64,000 nucleotides of DNA from Longimicrobiales bacterium (GTDB taxonomy: Bacteria; Gemmatimonadota; Gemmatimonadetes; Longimicrobiales; Gaopeijiaceae): positions 128,001 to 192,000 of the forward strand of contig CBDDCX010000006.1 of assembly GCA_965226375.1 (NCBI GenBank), given 5' to 3'. This document shows, in pieces, positions 29,178 to 39,854 of the stretch (position 1 is the first letter of the stretch; each line of letters begins with the position of its first letter). Under the pieces are notes generated by a model, which was given only the letters and a program-made list of their open reading frames with translations, had not been told where the DNA came from and searched no databases. The translations under genes and the position numbers were made by a program.

Positions 29178-30689
29178 ATGAGAACGATGCTCGGTTTGGC
29201 GGTAGGGGCCGGGTTGGGAGCGGGGTTGGCCGGGTGTTCGGTGAGTGCTTCGGGAGGCGGGGGCGCAGGATCTGTGAGCATCGCTAACGACCGGAACGAG
29301 GAGGACATGCCGGAGACCTTCGACCGAACCGTCCCACCGTCGGTGGGCTCCCCGCCGTCCATGAACGTTCCCCGGCGGCAGATCTTCGAGCTCTCCAACG
29401 GCCTTCCCGTTCATGTGGTCGAGAATGACGATCTCCCTATCGTGAGCGTGGAGATCCACATCGAGGGCGGAGGCCGCGTGGGCACGCCCGGGCTCGCTGC
29501 CCTCTTGGCCGACATGCTCGACGAGGGGACGACCACACGAAGCGCCGTTGAGCTGGCAGAAGAGATCGAGCGCCTCGGTGCCCGACTGTCCACCGGGGCC
29601 GGCAGGGACGGCTCGGTGGTCAGCCTGGGAGTCCTGAGGCCCCAGTTGCACAGGGCGCTAGAGCTACTGGCCGACGTTGTGCTGAATCCCGCCTTCGACC
29701 AGGCCGAGCTCGATCGGGTGAAACGACAGCGGATTACGCGCATCTTGCAGAGCCGCGATGAAGCCCGGGACCTGGCCGATAACGCTTTTGCGGACCGGCT
29801 GTACCAAGCCGGCAGTCCCTACGGGTTGCCGCTCCTCGGCACGGATCAGGCCCTCCAATCGGTTGGGCGTGCCGATCTGGTTGCACTGTACGAGCAGACG
29901 TTCAGGGCAGGCAACATGGCGGTGGTGGTGGTCGGCGACGTAGAGCGGGATGAGCTCGAGGAACGACTCGAGGCTACCCTGGGCTCTGTGCCTTCCGGCC
30001 CGAGAGGGAACTTCGTCAACCAATCTCCTCGGGTGATCGCCGGACCGGCCATCTATGTGGTAGACAAACCGGGCGCCGCTCAGTCGGAGGTCCGTATCGG
30101 CCGAGTAGCCGTCGATAGGGGCACTCCCGACTACTTCCCGCTCGTGGTCATGAACACCATTCTGGGCGGGGCCTTCACGAGCCGGCTGAACGCGAACCTT
30201 CGTGAGGACAAGGGCTACACCTACGGCGCGCGCTCAGGCTTTGCCATGCGCCGTGAGCCGGGACCGTTCGTGGCTCGGGCGGCCGTGAATACGCCGGTCA
30301 CCGACAAAGCCGTGGTGGAGTTCCTGCGCGAACTGCGGAGACTCGTCGATGATCCTGTAAGTGACGTCGAGCTCAATAGGGCGCGTAAGTTTCTGGCTCT
30401 GCGGCTGCCTCAGCGTTTCGAGACGGTCTCGGGTGTGGCCGGCCAGATCGCCGACCAGGTGCTGAACGGTCTTGCCGAGGACTACTGGGAGACATACGTG
30501 GATGGGGTGATGGAGGTCACGGCCCAGGATGTGCGGCGCGTGGCCGCCGAGTACCTGGATCCTGCCGAGATGGTCATCGTCATTGCCGGCGATTACTCTG
30601 CGATTCAAGAAGGGCTGGATGGGTTGGGCTTGGGTTCCGTGACTTTGATGACAGATCCGACGGTAATGGACGACTCCCCCCAGTCCTGA
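29178..30689 (+). CDS. M16B protease partner subunit (no HxxEH), probable lipoprotein
   Basis: LAGC lipobox and SRLNANLREDKGYTYG (R/Y pair). Confidence 0.85.
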   Translation: MRTMLGLAVGAGLGAGLAGCSVSASGGGGAGSVSIANDRNEEDMPETFDRTVPPSVGSPPSMNVPRRQIFELSNGLPVHVVENDDLPIVSVEIHIEGGGRVGTPGLAALLADMLDEGTTTRSAVELAEEIERLGARLSTGAGRDGSVVSLGVLRPQLHRALELLADVVLNPAFDQAELDRVKRQRITRILQSRDEARDLADNAFADRLYQAGSPYGLPLLGTDQALQSVGRADLVALYEQTFRAGNMAVVVVGDVERDELEERLEATLGSVPSGPRGNFVNQSPRVIAGPAIYVVDKPGAAQSEVRIGRVAVDRGTPDYFPLVVMNTILGGAFTSRLNANLREDKGYTYGARSGFAMRREPGPFVARAAVNTPVTDKAVVEFLRELRRLVDDPVSDVELNRARKFLALRLPQRFETVSGVAGQIADQVLNGLAEDYWETYVDGVMEVTAQDVRRVAAEYLDPAEMVIVIAGDYSAIQEGLDGLGLGSVTLMTDPTVMDDSPQS

Positions 30690-30714
30690 CCCCTCGAGGA
30701 GCGACTACACCTTT

Positions 30715-32007
30715 ATGCTGTCGATACCCGTCGAGCGCTTCACCCTGGACAATGGTCTACGCGTCAACCTTTCATCCGATCGCTCCACCCCGGTGGTGGC
30801 GGTCAATCTCTGGTACGCGGTGGGGTCGAGGAACGAGAGGCCCGGAAAGACCGGCTTCGCCCACCTTTTCGAGCACATGATGTTCCAGGGCTCGGAACAC
30901 GTCCCGAAGAACCGGCACTTCGAGTTGGTCGAGAGGGCAGGGGGCACGCTGAACGCTACGACCTGGTTCGACCGCACCAACTACTTCGAGACCGTGCCGT
31001 CGCACCACTTGGAGTTGGCGCTCTGGCTCGAGTCCGACCGGATGGGCTGGATGCTTCCCGCGATGACACAGGAGAAGCTCGACAACCAGCGTGATGTGGT
31101 CATGAACGAGAAGCGTCAGCGCTACGACAATCAGCCCTACGGCGACTGGGACGAGTGGATCCAGGCCATGGTCTACCCTGAGACCCATCCCTACCACCAC
31201 ACGGTGATCGGCTCGATGGACGACATCGAAGCGGCCACCCTGGAAGACGTCGCCGAGTTCTTCGAGACGTTCTATGTGCCCAACAACGCCATTCTTACCG
31301 TGTGCGGGGACTTCAATCGGGCTGAGGCCCTGGAGATGATCGAGCGGCAGTTCGGAGAGATCCCCAAGGGTGGGGAGATCCCGCCCGTGCCGGGCGAGCC
31401 GGAGTTGAGTCCCACGATCGGCTCCACTGTGCGGGAGCGTGTGGAGGCGGAGGTGCCCCTTCCCAGGGTCCTCCTGGCGCATCGCATCCCTCCCTACACG
31501 GATTCGGCGTACTATGCGGCCGATGTTGCCAGTGCCGTTGCAGGGTCGGGTAGGGCGTCCCGCCTCTACCGGTCTCTAGTGCGCGAGCGGAGGGTGGCCA
31601 AGGACATCGTGAGCCACACCCTCCCGCTCACGTCAGGTGCGGGGATCTTCCTGGTGTGGGCCACCGGCTTTCCCGGATCCGATCCCTCGGAGTTGGAATC
31701 GGCTCTGGCCGGTGAGCTCGAGGGCCTCGAGTCCGTACGCGAGGAGGAAATCCAACGGGCCATCTCCCTCACCGAGACCCACCTCGTTCGTGAGATCCAG
31801 CAGGTTGGGGAGCGGGCCGACCTCCTCTCGATGTTCGACCAGTTCTTCGACGATCCCTCACGCCTCAACAGCGAGCTGGATCGCCTGCGCGCGGTCACGC
31901 CTGCCCAGGTCTCCGACTTCACGAAGAACTTTCTGGGACCCGATAACCGGGCCGTGCTGACGTACGTGCCGGCCACCCACGCACGCAAAGCCAAGGAGGC
32001 TTCGTGA
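30715..32007 (+). CDS. M16B zinc protease, catalytic subunit, no signal peptide
   Basis: TGFAHLFEH and NATTWFDRTNY. Confidence 0.92.
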   Translation: MLSIPVERFTLDNGLRVNLSSDRSTPVVAVNLWYAVGSRNERPGKTGFAHLFEHMMFQGSEHVPKNRHFELVERAGGTLNATTWFDRTNYFETVPSHHLELALWLESDRMGWMLPAMTQEKLDNQRDVVMNEKRQRYDNQPYGDWDEWIQAMVYPETHPYHHTVIGSMDDIEAATLEDVAEFFETFYVPNNAILTVCGDFNRAEALEMIERQFGEIPKGGEIPPVPGEPELSPTIGSTVRERVEAEVPLPRVLLAHRIPPYTDSAYYAADVASAVAGSGRASRLYRSLVRERRVAKDIVSHTLPLTSGAGIFLVWATGFPGSDPSELESALAGELEGLESVREEEIQRAISLTETHLVREIQQVGERADLLSMFDQFFDDPSRLNSELDRLRAVTPAQVSDFTKNFLGPDNRAVLTYVPATHARKAKEAS

Positions 32008-33365
32008 GCCCCGCAAAGCGTTTCGACGCTCCCGCTCCCGGAGCCATGCGACACTTCGACTTTCCTCCGGTTCAGAGTGATCGCCTGGATAACGGACTGC
32101 GTATGCGCTCCGTCCAGGCCAACAGACTTCCCATCGTAACGGCGACTCTGGTCCTGGACGCTGGCGAGTCCTCGCTGGATGCGGACCGAGCCGGGCTCGC
32201 CGTGCTCACTGGAGACTCACTGGAGGGCGGAACGGAGTCGCGGTCGGGAGCCGAGTTAGCCGAGGCATTGGAGTCGATCGGTGCGGGACTCTCCGTTGGT
32301 ACCGGCTGGGACGCCACGACCATCTCGCTCTCGTGTTTACCGGACCGGTTGGACGAGGCCCTGGGTATTCTAGCAGAGGTGGTGCTCCGCTCGAGTTTCC
32401 CCGCCGACGAAGTGGATCGGGTGCGGGGTCAGCGCCTGGCCGCCATCGAGCAACGCAAGATGGATCCGCCCAGCATCGCCACCGACGCGGCACGTCGGCT
32501 GACCTACGCCGACGGGGTGCCATACGGGCGCCCGCTGGGAGGCGACATCGAGTCGGTGACCGCCTTTGGTCCCGAGGCCGCTGCCGGCTATGTGGAAGCT
32601 CGCTATCGACCGGGCGGCGCGGGGTTGGTCCTGGTGGGCGACCTGGATGAGGGGGAGGCCAAGGCCCTGGTGCAGCGCTGCTTCGGAGATTGGAACGGGG
32701 CGGCACCGGAGCGGAAGTCCCACCAGGCTGAGCCTAGGGCGCGTGAACGGAACATCGTGATCGTCCACCGTCCCGACGCCGTCCAGTCCGAGATCCGCAT
32801 CGGCCATATCGGACAGCCGCGGTCTACTCCGGATTATTTTCCGCTCCTGGTGTTCAACACCATCCTCGGCGGTGCCTTTACCAGCCGTTTGAACCTGAAT
32901 CTCCGCGAGCGCCACGGGTTCACCTACGGTGTGCGCTCCGGGTTCGCCTTCCGACGTGACGCCGGGCCCTGGACCATCTCCACGGCCGTGGGCACCGAGG
33001 TGACGGCAGACGCTGTCCGGGAGGCCGTGAACGAGGTGGAGGGCGTGCTCTCAGACGGACCCACGCAAGAGGAAGTTGAGGCGTCGCGCGACTACATGGC
33101 GGGCGTCTTCCCGCTGAGGCTCGAGACCACGGGCCAGATTGCCTCCCGGATCGCGGAGCTGATCATTTATGACCTTCCTGAGGACTATCACGCCACGTAC
33201 AGGGACCGTATCCGTGAGGTTACCCGGGACCAGGCTCTGGACGCCGCGCGACGTTGTATCCGTCCGGACGAGATCACGGTGGTGGTCGGGGGTGACGCCG
33301 AGGCGGTGCGCGGTCCTCTCGAGGAGCTCGGACTGGGGCCGGTGGAGGTTGAAGAGGCTTCCTGA
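32004..33365 (+). CDS. M16B protease partner subunit (no HxxEH), no signal peptide
   Basis: SRLNLNLRERHGFTYG, GTGA overlap with the upstream gene. Confidence 0.88.
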   Translation: MSPAKRFDAPAPGAMRHFDFPPVQSDRLDNGLRMRSVQANRLPIVTATLVLDAGESSLDADRAGLAVLTGDSLEGGTESRSGAELAEALESIGAGLSVGTGWDATTISLSCLPDRLDEALGILAEVVLRSSFPADEVDRVRGQRLAAIEQRKMDPPSIATDAARRLTYADGVPYGRPLGGDIESVTAFGPEAAAGYVEARYRPGGAGLVLVGDLDEGEAKALVQRCFGDWNGAAPERKSHQAEPRARERNIVIVHRPDAVQSEIRIGHIGQPRSTPDYFPLLVFNTILGGAFTSRLNLNLRERHGFTYGVRSGFAFRRDAGPWTISTAVGTEVTADAVREAVNEVEGVLSDGPTQEEVEASRDYMAGVFPLRLETTGQIASRIAELIIYDLPEDYHATYRDRIREVTRDQALDAARRCIRPDEITVVVGGDAEAVRGPLEELGLGPVEVEEAS

Positions 33366-33647
33366 GCCGATGCCCCTTCCGTAAGGGACGCCTGGAGTCA
33401 TACGAGATGGGCCCGGAGTCACAGAAGCCCGTCTCGCGCGTAAGAATATGGAAGTGGGTTGGTCCACGGTTGGGGTGGTTGGGTCCAAAGGCGTGTCCCG
33501 ATCGTGACATGACACGTCCTCATAGTGGGACGAACAGAAGTGTACATATCGCAGGATCGGCTTGATTTCGGGGCGATCCGGGGGTGGCACGGAACCTGCG
33601 GCGAATTTCGTAGGGATTGGTGCGTACCCGTGATGCGGGGGTCAGAC

Positions 33648-34289
33648 GTGACGGAAGCAACGAAACTACAGATCGTGCCCGGGGAGCTGGCAAAGGAGCA
33701 TCGCAAGAGGCTCGGCCAACTGGACGACAGCGAAGTCGTTCGGTCCTTCCTTGCGGGTGACGAACGGGCGTTCGGAGAGCTGGTCAAGCGCTACGACGGG
33801 CGGTTGCTCAACTTCGTCTATCGCACGGTAGGTGACCGAGAGCGTGCCCAGGACCTGGTCCAGGAGACCTTCGTCCGGGTGTATCGCCACATGCAACGCT
33901 TCGATCAGACAAAGAAGTTTTCGACGTGGATCTATACCATTGCCGGGAACCTGGCCAAGAACGAGCTGCGCAACCGGTCCCGGAACCCCCTCATGCTCTT
34001 CCAGGCGATCCGGAAGAACTGGGAGGCCGACCACCGTCCGCTGGAGTGGGAGGACTCGTCCTTCAGGCCCGACGACCTCTACCGCAAACGCTTCCTGAAA
34101 GAACTGGTGGAGAAGGCGGTCGGGGAGTTACCGGAGCATCACCGGATCGTCTTCGTGCTCCGTGAGCTGGAGGGCAAGACGTACGAGGAGATCGCTGAGA
34201 TCACCGGGTGCAACCTCGGAACGGTAAAGAGCCGATTGAACAGGGCGCGCAATAATTTCGCACGACTGATCGGGCCCTCTCTGGACTAG
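33648..34289 (+). CDS. ECF sigma-70 factor (RpoE/SigW-like)
   Basis: AQDLVQETFVRVY..FSTWIYTIAGNLAKN and YEEIAEITGCNLGTVKSRLNRAR. The start could instead be ATG 33633. Confidence 0.92.
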   Translation: MTEATKLQIVPGELAKEHRKRLGQLDDSEVVRSFLAGDERAFGELVKRYDGRLLNFVYRTVGDRERAQDLVQETFVRVYRHMQRFDQTKKFSTWIYTIAGNLAKNELRNRSRNPLMLFQAIRKNWEADHRPLEWEDSSFRPDDLYRKRFLKELVEKAVGELPEHHRIVFVLRELEGKTYEEIAEITGCNLGTVKSRLNRARNNFARLIGPSLD

Positions 34290-34307
34290 CATATAGGCCG
34301 AACGGAT

Positions 34308-34354
34308 AAAGCGAGGCCTTCAGCGACATTGATCGTTGAAGGCCTCGCTTTTTT
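34308..34354 (+). terminator. Intrinsic terminator after the ECF sigma gene
   Basis: AAAGCGAGGCCTTCA..TGAAGGCCTCGCTTTTTT long stem with T tract. Confidence 0.85.
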
Positions 34355-34357
34355 CCG

Positions 34358-34384
34358 GGAACCTGTTCAACTCCCCCCGGTAAC
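34358..34384 (+). promoter_or_regulatory. Possible ECF-type promoter for the anti-sigma gene
   Basis: GGAACC-N16-GTAAC directly after the terminator resembles the ECF -35 (AAC) and -10 spacing. Confidence 0.3.
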
Positions 34385-34484
34385 ATTCGTGGAGAGGGGA
34401 ACACAGCAAGAGTGCGTTACGTAATATCCCACCTCTCCGACGGATGTCGGATCGGAAGTATCGAGACAGGAGACTGCTTGGCAC

Positions 34485-35033
34485 ATGGATTGCTCGGATT
34501 TTCTACGTGGCTTTTCCGAGTTCTATGACGCTCCTCCGGGCGCGCCGGCCCGAAGGGCTGCCGAGGCCCATATGGAGGAGTGCGAGAAGTGCGCCCGCTA
34601 CGAGCAGGTCGTCTCGCGGGGCGTCAAGCTTCTGCATGCCATGCCACGGGTGGAACTCGCCGAATCCTTCCGCCCCCGCCTGGAACACAGGCTCTTCCAT
34701 ATAGACGATGGTGATGTGCCGGGTCACAGGGGTAGTGGCTCAGCCGTTCCGGTCGCGGCCGCAGTGGGTATGGCCATCCTTCTCGCGGTCATCGCCTGGT
34801 ATCCGTCCCTTGGGCGCGCCACGCCTGAGGTGAGTCTCCCGGCGATTATCGTATCGGCTCCGCCGGCAGGGGAGCCCCTGTTCTCCACCGACGCGTTCGG
34901 CATGCCCGTCATGGCCCCTCGTGCTTTTGGCAGCGGACTGTGGTCGGATCCCAACACGTTGCTCTACGAGTATTCCCCCATGAGCGAGCGATCCCGGAAC
35001 AACTCGATGCTACGCCGAACGGGTCTCGATTGA
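34485..35033 (+). CDS. Zinc-finger (HxxxCxxC) anti-sigma factor with one TM helix
   Basis: MDC..HMEECEKC motif, TM AAAVGMAILLAVIAWY, AGGAG RBS. Confidence 0.85.
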   Translation: MDCSDFLRGFSEFYDAPPGAPARRAAEAHMEECEKCARYEQVVSRGVKLLHAMPRVELAESFRPRLEHRLFHIDDGDVPGHRGSGSAVPVAAAVGMAILLAVIAWYPSLGRATPEVSLPAIIVSAPPAGEPLFSTDAFGMPVMAPRAFGSGLWSDPNTLLYEYSPMSERSRNNSMLRRTGLD

Positions 35034-35064
35034 CCGGACTCGAGCCGATGACGCTCCGGGCTAC

Positions 35065-36069
35065 ATGACGAGCCCCCTCCGGAAGGCCCTCGAGCAGGGA
35101 CCCCGGGGCGGGGTTTTCTTCCTTTGGGGTGAGGACGAGCACCGGAAGGGACAGGCCGTGAAGGAGCTCGTGGACGTTCACATCGACGAGTCCACCAAGG
35201 ACTTCAACCTGGACGTGGTTGAGGGTGCGGCCGTGGACGTCGAGGATCTGGCCCGCATCGTGGCCACGCCTCCCATGATGGCCGAGTGGCGGGTAGTGGT
35301 GGTCAGAGGCGCCGAGGCCTTCGCGGGTGCAGCCCGGTCTCGAGATCTGGTGTTGGGCCTGGCCGAGTCCCCGCCGCCCGGTCTCGCCCTCATCCTGACG
35401 GCCCGAATCCCCGATCGGTCCAAGGCAAAGTACTACACCCAGCTCAAGAAGATCGCCCAGTCGGTGGAGTTCCCCGCCATCAGTGCGGATGACGTTCCCG
35501 GGTGGCTGATGGAGCAGAGCGAGTCACGTTTCGCCATGACGCTCGAACCCGAGGCGGCCCGAGCGCTCGCCCACGGGATCGGCACCGATCTGGGAATCCT
35601 TTCGCAGGAACTCGAGAAGCTGGCGGGAGTTGCCAGCGAGGGTGATCGCATCACCATCGAGCACGTACGGGCCGCCGGGACCGTCCTTCCCACGCAGGAC
35701 CGTTGGCGCTGGTTCGACCTGGTGGGCAGCCGCCAATTCGAATGTGCGTCTCGGGGACTTCGAGTCCTGCTGGCCCAGGGTGACAGCGGGGTCGGCCTCA
35801 CCGTGGGTTTGGCCACGCACCTCCTGCGCATCGGGATCGTTGTGGAGCAGGGGCAGGGGGCTATCGAGCAGGTGCTCCCGCCGCACCAGAAGTGGCTGTC
35901 TAGGCAGATTGCCCGGCAAGCCGACGGTTGGACCTCCTCAGCGATTCGTGAGGGAATCCTCGGACTTCTCCGCGTGGACCGGTTGCTCAAGGCGAGCTCA
36001 CTCTCCGACGAACACCACCTGGATGAGTGGCTTCTCACAGTCATGTCGTTCGAAGACGAGGCGGCATGA
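35065..36069 (+). CDS. holA: DNA polymerase III delta subunit
   Basis: FFLWGEDEH, DFNLD, TPPMMAEWRVVVV and GTDLGILSQELEKL. Confidence 0.88.
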   Translation: MTSPLRKALEQGPRGGVFFLWGEDEHRKGQAVKELVDVHIDESTKDFNLDVVEGAAVDVEDLARIVATPPMMAEWRVVVVRGAEAFAGAARSRDLVLGLAESPPPGLALILTARIPDRSKAKYYTQLKKIAQSVEFPAISADDVPGWLMEQSESRFAMTLEPEAARALAHGIGTDLGILSQELEKLAGVASEGDRITIEHVRAAGTVLPTQDRWRWFDLVGSRQFECASRGLRVLLAQGDSGVGLTVGLATHLLRIGIVVEQGQGAIEQVLPPHQKWLSRQIARQADGWTSSAIREGILGLLRVDRLLKASSLSDEHHLDEWLLTVMSFEDEAA

Positions 36070-36929
36070 TGGTGGCACGGACATCCCTCGGGTCTCGACC
36101 GGTGGCCCTAACCTTCGCCCTATCCGTACTCGCACTCGTGCTGACCGGGCCTGCTGACGCCGCCGGCCAGCAGGGCCTGGATTCTGTGGATGCCCTGGCT
36201 TCCTCCGGACGCACCGAAGAGGCCCGGGGCGAACTGGAGATTTGGTGGGACAGCACGCGCACCCAGTCCAGTCGCCGCGACCGACAGCGAGGATTGTGGC
36301 TCCGCGCGGTCCTTACCGTGGATCCCGAGATGGCGGCTCTGGATTATCAGCGACTGGTGGTGTCATACCCGGGTGGGCCATATTCCGACCAGGCTTTGGT
36401 ACGCCTGGCCATGATCGTCGGATCCGGTGAAGACCTGTTGGGTGCGGCGGGTTACTACCGTTCTCTGCTGCAAGACTACCCCCGGAGCCCGGAGCGCGTG
36501 GGAGCTCGACAGTGGCTCGCGCAGCACGCGGAAGAGATTGCAGCGGCCGAGGCCGAGGCGGCGCTGGTGGCTGCCGCGGCTCAGGTGGTTGCTGATTCGA
36601 TAGCCGCGGAGGCGCCTCCGGAGCCTGAGGAGCCGGTTTCGGGGGACTCAGCCGAGCAGAGGGGCACTCCCGCTGAGGCGGTCGGGGCATATGCGGTTCA
36701 GCTCGGGGCCTTCTCCACCCAGGAGCGCGCCGATGGACTCGCAAGGACTTTGGCAGCAGCAGGCTTCGAGATACGCGTGGTGCGGGTCGAGAGCAGTCCA
36801 CTGGTGCGAGTACGGATGGGACGGTTTGCCGAGCGATCGGCTGCCTCCGAGTTGATGACGGATGTAGTGGGGTTGGGCTACGACGCGGCGATAGTGTCAG
36901 ACGTGGCGGAAGAGGAACCGATCAGATGA
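36066..36929 (+). CDS. Exported SPOR-domain protein with N-terminal TPR/BamD-like helices
   Basis: Signal peptide, YPGGPY/YPRSP helical repeats, and YAVQLGAFS..VRVRMGRF SPOR motif. Confidence 0.85.
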   Translation: MMVARTSLGSRPVALTFALSVLALVLTGPADAAGQQGLDSVDALASSGRTEEARGELEIWWDSTRTQSSRRDRQRGLWLRAVLTVDPEMAALDYQRLVVSYPGGPYSDQALVRLAMIVGSGEDLLGAAGYYRSLLQDYPRSPERVGARQWLAQHAEEIAAAEAEAALVAAAAQVVADSIAAEAPPEPEEPVSGDSAEQRGTPAEAVGAYAVQLGAFSTQERADGLARTLAAAGFEIRVVRVESSPLVRVRMGRFAERSAASELMTDVVGLGYDAAIVSDVAEEEPIR

Positions 36930-37495
36930 GCGTAATCGAGCGAACACAAAAGACCGAGTGGGACGTCGTGTTGGCGGAGGACAACGACGACCACGCGTTG
37001 CTCATCGAGATGGCGCTCGAAAGGGCCGTGGACGTACCGGTGGTGATTCGCCGAGCGCGTAATGGTGAAGAAGCCGTCGAGCTGATTCACGAATCAGCCC
37101 CTGACCTCCTGCTCCTGGACCTGAAAATGCCCGGAATGGCCGGACACGAGGTCCTTGAAGCGATCAAGGGAGACGACCGTCTCCGCTCCATCCCCGTAGC
37201 GGTGCTCACCTCATCCGACCGTGATGAAGACGTGGCTAAGAGCTACGGATTGGGCGGGAACCACTTCATTACCAAGCCCGAGAGCCCCGCCGAGCTGGAA
37301 GCGAAGCTCAGGGCCCTGCTCAAGAACCTCACCGAGTTGAAGGGCATTCGCCGGGGATCGACGGGGGCCTCTACCACGGCGGTGAGTGCTGTAGACCCGG
37401 AGGCCATTCTAACGTCCAACGTGGTGCGCTGGGTCGTTGTCGGAGCAGTGCTGTTGGCCCTCTACCTCTTTGGAAAATTCGCGGGCGCTTTCTAG
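36926..37495 (+). CDS. Receiver-domain response regulator with C-terminal TM helix
   Basis: AEDNDD, LLDLKMPG, VLTSS and FITKP. Hydrophobic tail VVRWVVVGAVLLALYLFG. Confidence 0.88.
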   Translation: MSVIERTQKTEWDVVLAEDNDDHALLIEMALERAVDVPVVIRRARNGEEAVELIHESAPDLLLLDLKMPGMAGHEVLEAIKGDDRLRSIPVAVLTSSDRDEDVAKSYGLGGNHFITKPESPAELEAKLRALLKNLTELKGIRRGSTGASTTAVSAVDPEAILTSNVVRWVVVGAVLLALYLFGKFAGAF

Positions 37496-37525
37496 AGGTC
37501 TGTAGCAGTACAGCACCCCCTCGGA

Positions 37526-37538
37526 ACCCTCTGGGGTA
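37526..37538. promoter_or_regulatory. Possible CsoR-like C/G-tract operator upstream of copA
   Basis: ACCC-TCT-GGGGTA pseudo-palindrome 12 bp before the ATG. Resemblance only. Confidence 0.25.
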
Positions 37539-37550
37539 CTCTAGGGCGCC

Positions 37551-39854
37551 ATGGATAACACGACTTCGACAGACCGCTTGGCCGGACCGGTTCTCACGCA
37601 GGAGGTCACGATCAGCGGCATGACCTGTGCCGCCTGCGTCCGCCGGGTGGAGATGGCGCTCGCCGGCGTCTCGGGAATCACGTCCGCCGACGTGAGCCTC
37701 GCCACCGAGTCCGCACGCATAGAGTACGTGCCGGGCGTCCTCGATACGGCGACGATGCGTGACGCCGTGGCCGCCGCGGGCTACGAAGTGGACGCCGCCG
37801 CCGAGGCCGAGAGTATCGAGGAGACGCTCAAGCGCCGAGACGAAGAGCGGGAGCAGGAGGCGCAAAGCCTGTTGCGACGCTTCTGGTTCGGAGCGGCGTT
37901 GGGTCTGCCCGTCGTCATCATCGGGCACGCCCAGTTCATCCCCGGCCTCCAGAACCTCTCGCACGGGACCATGCGTCTGTTGTGGACGCTGAGCGGTGTG
38001 TTGACCGTGCCCATCATGGTGTATGTGGGCGGTCGTTTCTTCACCGGTGGATGGGCCGCCTTCCGAAGGCACGACGCCAACATGGACACGCTGGTGGCGC
38101 TGGGAACCGGGGCGGCGTGGATCTACTCTACGGTGGCGGTCGCCTTCCCGGGCCTGTTCCCCGAGGGAACCGGGCACCCCTTTTACGAAGCGACGGCCGT
38201 GGTCATAACCTTGGTCGTCCTGGGCCAGGCCCTCGAGGCCCGGGCCAAGGGACGCACCTCCCAGGCCGTGCGGCGCCTCATGGATCTGCGGCCGCTAGTG
38301 GCCCGGGTCGTGCGCGACGGCACCGAGGTGGAGGTCCCCGCGGCGGACGTCCAGGTGGGTGAGATCGTGGTAGTTCGTCCTGGCGAGAAGATTCCGGTGG
38401 ACGGCCGCGTCCGTGAGGGCCGGAGCACGGTGGACGAATCCATGGTCACGGGGGAGAGTATCCCGGTCGAGAAGGGGCCCGGAGATGAGGTCGTGGGCGG
38501 CACCATGAACAGCTCCGGTGTCCTGCACTTCCGGGCCGAGCGGGTGGGCCGCGACATGGTCCTGTCCCGAATCGTAGAAATGGTCCGGGCGGCCCAAGGT
38601 GCTAAACCTCCCATCCAGCGGGCCGTCGACGTGGTCGCCAGCTACTTCGTGCCCACGGTAATGATCGTGTCGGTGGTCTCGTTCGCTGTCTGGTACACAT
38701 ATGGTCCCGAACCCGTTCTGAGTTACGCCATGGTGGTGGCCGTGGCCGTGCTCGTCATCGCCTGCCCGTGTGCACTGGGGTTGGCCACACCCATCTCGAT
38801 CATGGTTGCCGTGGGAAAGGCCGCGGAACACGGCATCCTCATTCGGAACGGAGAAGCGCTCCAGCGTGCTCGCACCGTGGACACGGTGGTGCTCGACAAG
38901 ACGGGTACCGTTACGCAGGGAGCGCCCACCCTCACGGATGTGGTCCCGCTCGGTGACGTCCAGGAGGATGAGCTCATACGCGTCGCCGCCGCCGCAGAGA
39001 CCGGCTCCGAGCACCCTTTAGCCCAGGCCGTGGCCGACGGCGCGGCGGACCGCGGCGTCGAGTACACCCCAGCGTCCGACTTCGAGGCGATCCCCGGCGT
39101 GGGTATCCGAGCTACGGTGGACGGACGGGCGGTTCTGGTCGGCACGGCCGCCTTCCTGTCGGAATCGGGAGTGGAGATCACCGCTCTCGAGAAGGAGGCC
39201 TCCAGACTTGCCGAGGCCGGTCGGACCCCCGTCCTGGTGGCGGCCGAAGGGAGGCCCCTCGGGGCGCTGGGCATCGCCGACCCCGTGAAGCAGGAATCGG
39301 CCGCTGCCATCGCCCGGCTGCGGGAGATGGGCCTGGAGGTGGTGATCCTCACGGGAGACCATGAGGCGACCGCCAGGGCCGTGGCTCGGGAGGTCGGGGT
39401 GGAGACCGTGTTCGCGAGGGTCCTCCCGGACCAGAAGGCTCAGCGGATCAAGGAGCTTCAAGAGCAGGGGCGCAGCGTTGCCATGGTGGGAGACGGGATC
39501 AACGATGCTCCCGCGTTGGCTCAGGCGGACGTCGGCGTGGCCATCGGCACCGGGACCGATGTGGCCATCGAGGCCGGCGACGTGACGCTGATGGGGGGCT
39601 CGCTGGAAGGGGTCGTCGAGATGATGGAGATCTCCGAAGCCACCTTCAGGAACATCCGACAGAATCTGGTGGGCGCGTTCATCTACAACGTGCTGGGCAT
39701 CCCAGTGGCCGCAGGAGTCTTTTATCCCTTCCTGGGCATCCTGCTCTCGCCGGTCATTGCGGGGGCCGCCATGGCGTTCAGCTCGGTCACCGTGGTCACC
39801 AACGCCAACCGCTTACGCGGCTTCACACCCCGTGGTGTTGGGGTGCAGGGCTGA
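37551..39854 (+). CDS. copA: Copper-translocating P1B-type ATPase
   Basis: GMTCAAC HMA domain, TGES, CPC, DKTGT, HP, GDGIND, and the YN and MxxSS Cu(I) signature. Confidence 0.93.
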   Translation: MDNTTSTDRLAGPVLTQEVTISGMTCAACVRRVEMALAGVSGITSADVSLATESARIEYVPGVLDTATMRDAVAAAGYEVDAAAEAESIEETLKRRDEEREQEAQSLLRRFWFGAALGLPVVIIGHAQFIPGLQNLSHGTMRLLWTLSGVLTVPIMVYVGGRFFTGGWAAFRRHDANMDTLVALGTGAAWIYSTVAVAFPGLFPEGTGHPFYEATAVVITLVVLGQALEARAKGRTSQAVRRLMDLRPLVARVVRDGTEVEVPAADVQVGEIVVVRPGEKIPVDGRVREGRSTVDESMVTGESIPVEKGPGDEVVGGTMNSSGVLHFRAERVGRDMVLSRIVEMVRAAQGAKPPIQRAVDVVASYFVPTVMIVSVVSFAVWYTYGPEPVLSYAMVVAVAVLVIACPCALGLATPISIMVAVGKAAEHGILIRNGEALQRARTVDTVVLDKTGTVTQGAPTLTDVVPLGDVQEDELIRVAAAAETGSEHPLAQAVADGAADRGVEYTPASDFEAIPGVGIRATVDGRAVLVGTAAFLSESGVEITALEKEASRLAEAGRTPVLVAAEGRPLGALGIADPVKQESAAAIARLREMGLEVVILTGDHEATARAVAREVGVETVFARVLPDQKAQRIKELQEQGRSVAMVGDGINDAPALAQADVGVAIGTGTDVAIEAGDVTLMGGSLEGVVEMMEISEATFRNIRQNLVGAFIYNVLGIPVAAGVFYPFLGILLSPVIAGAAMAFSSVTVVTNANRLRGFTPRGVGVQG

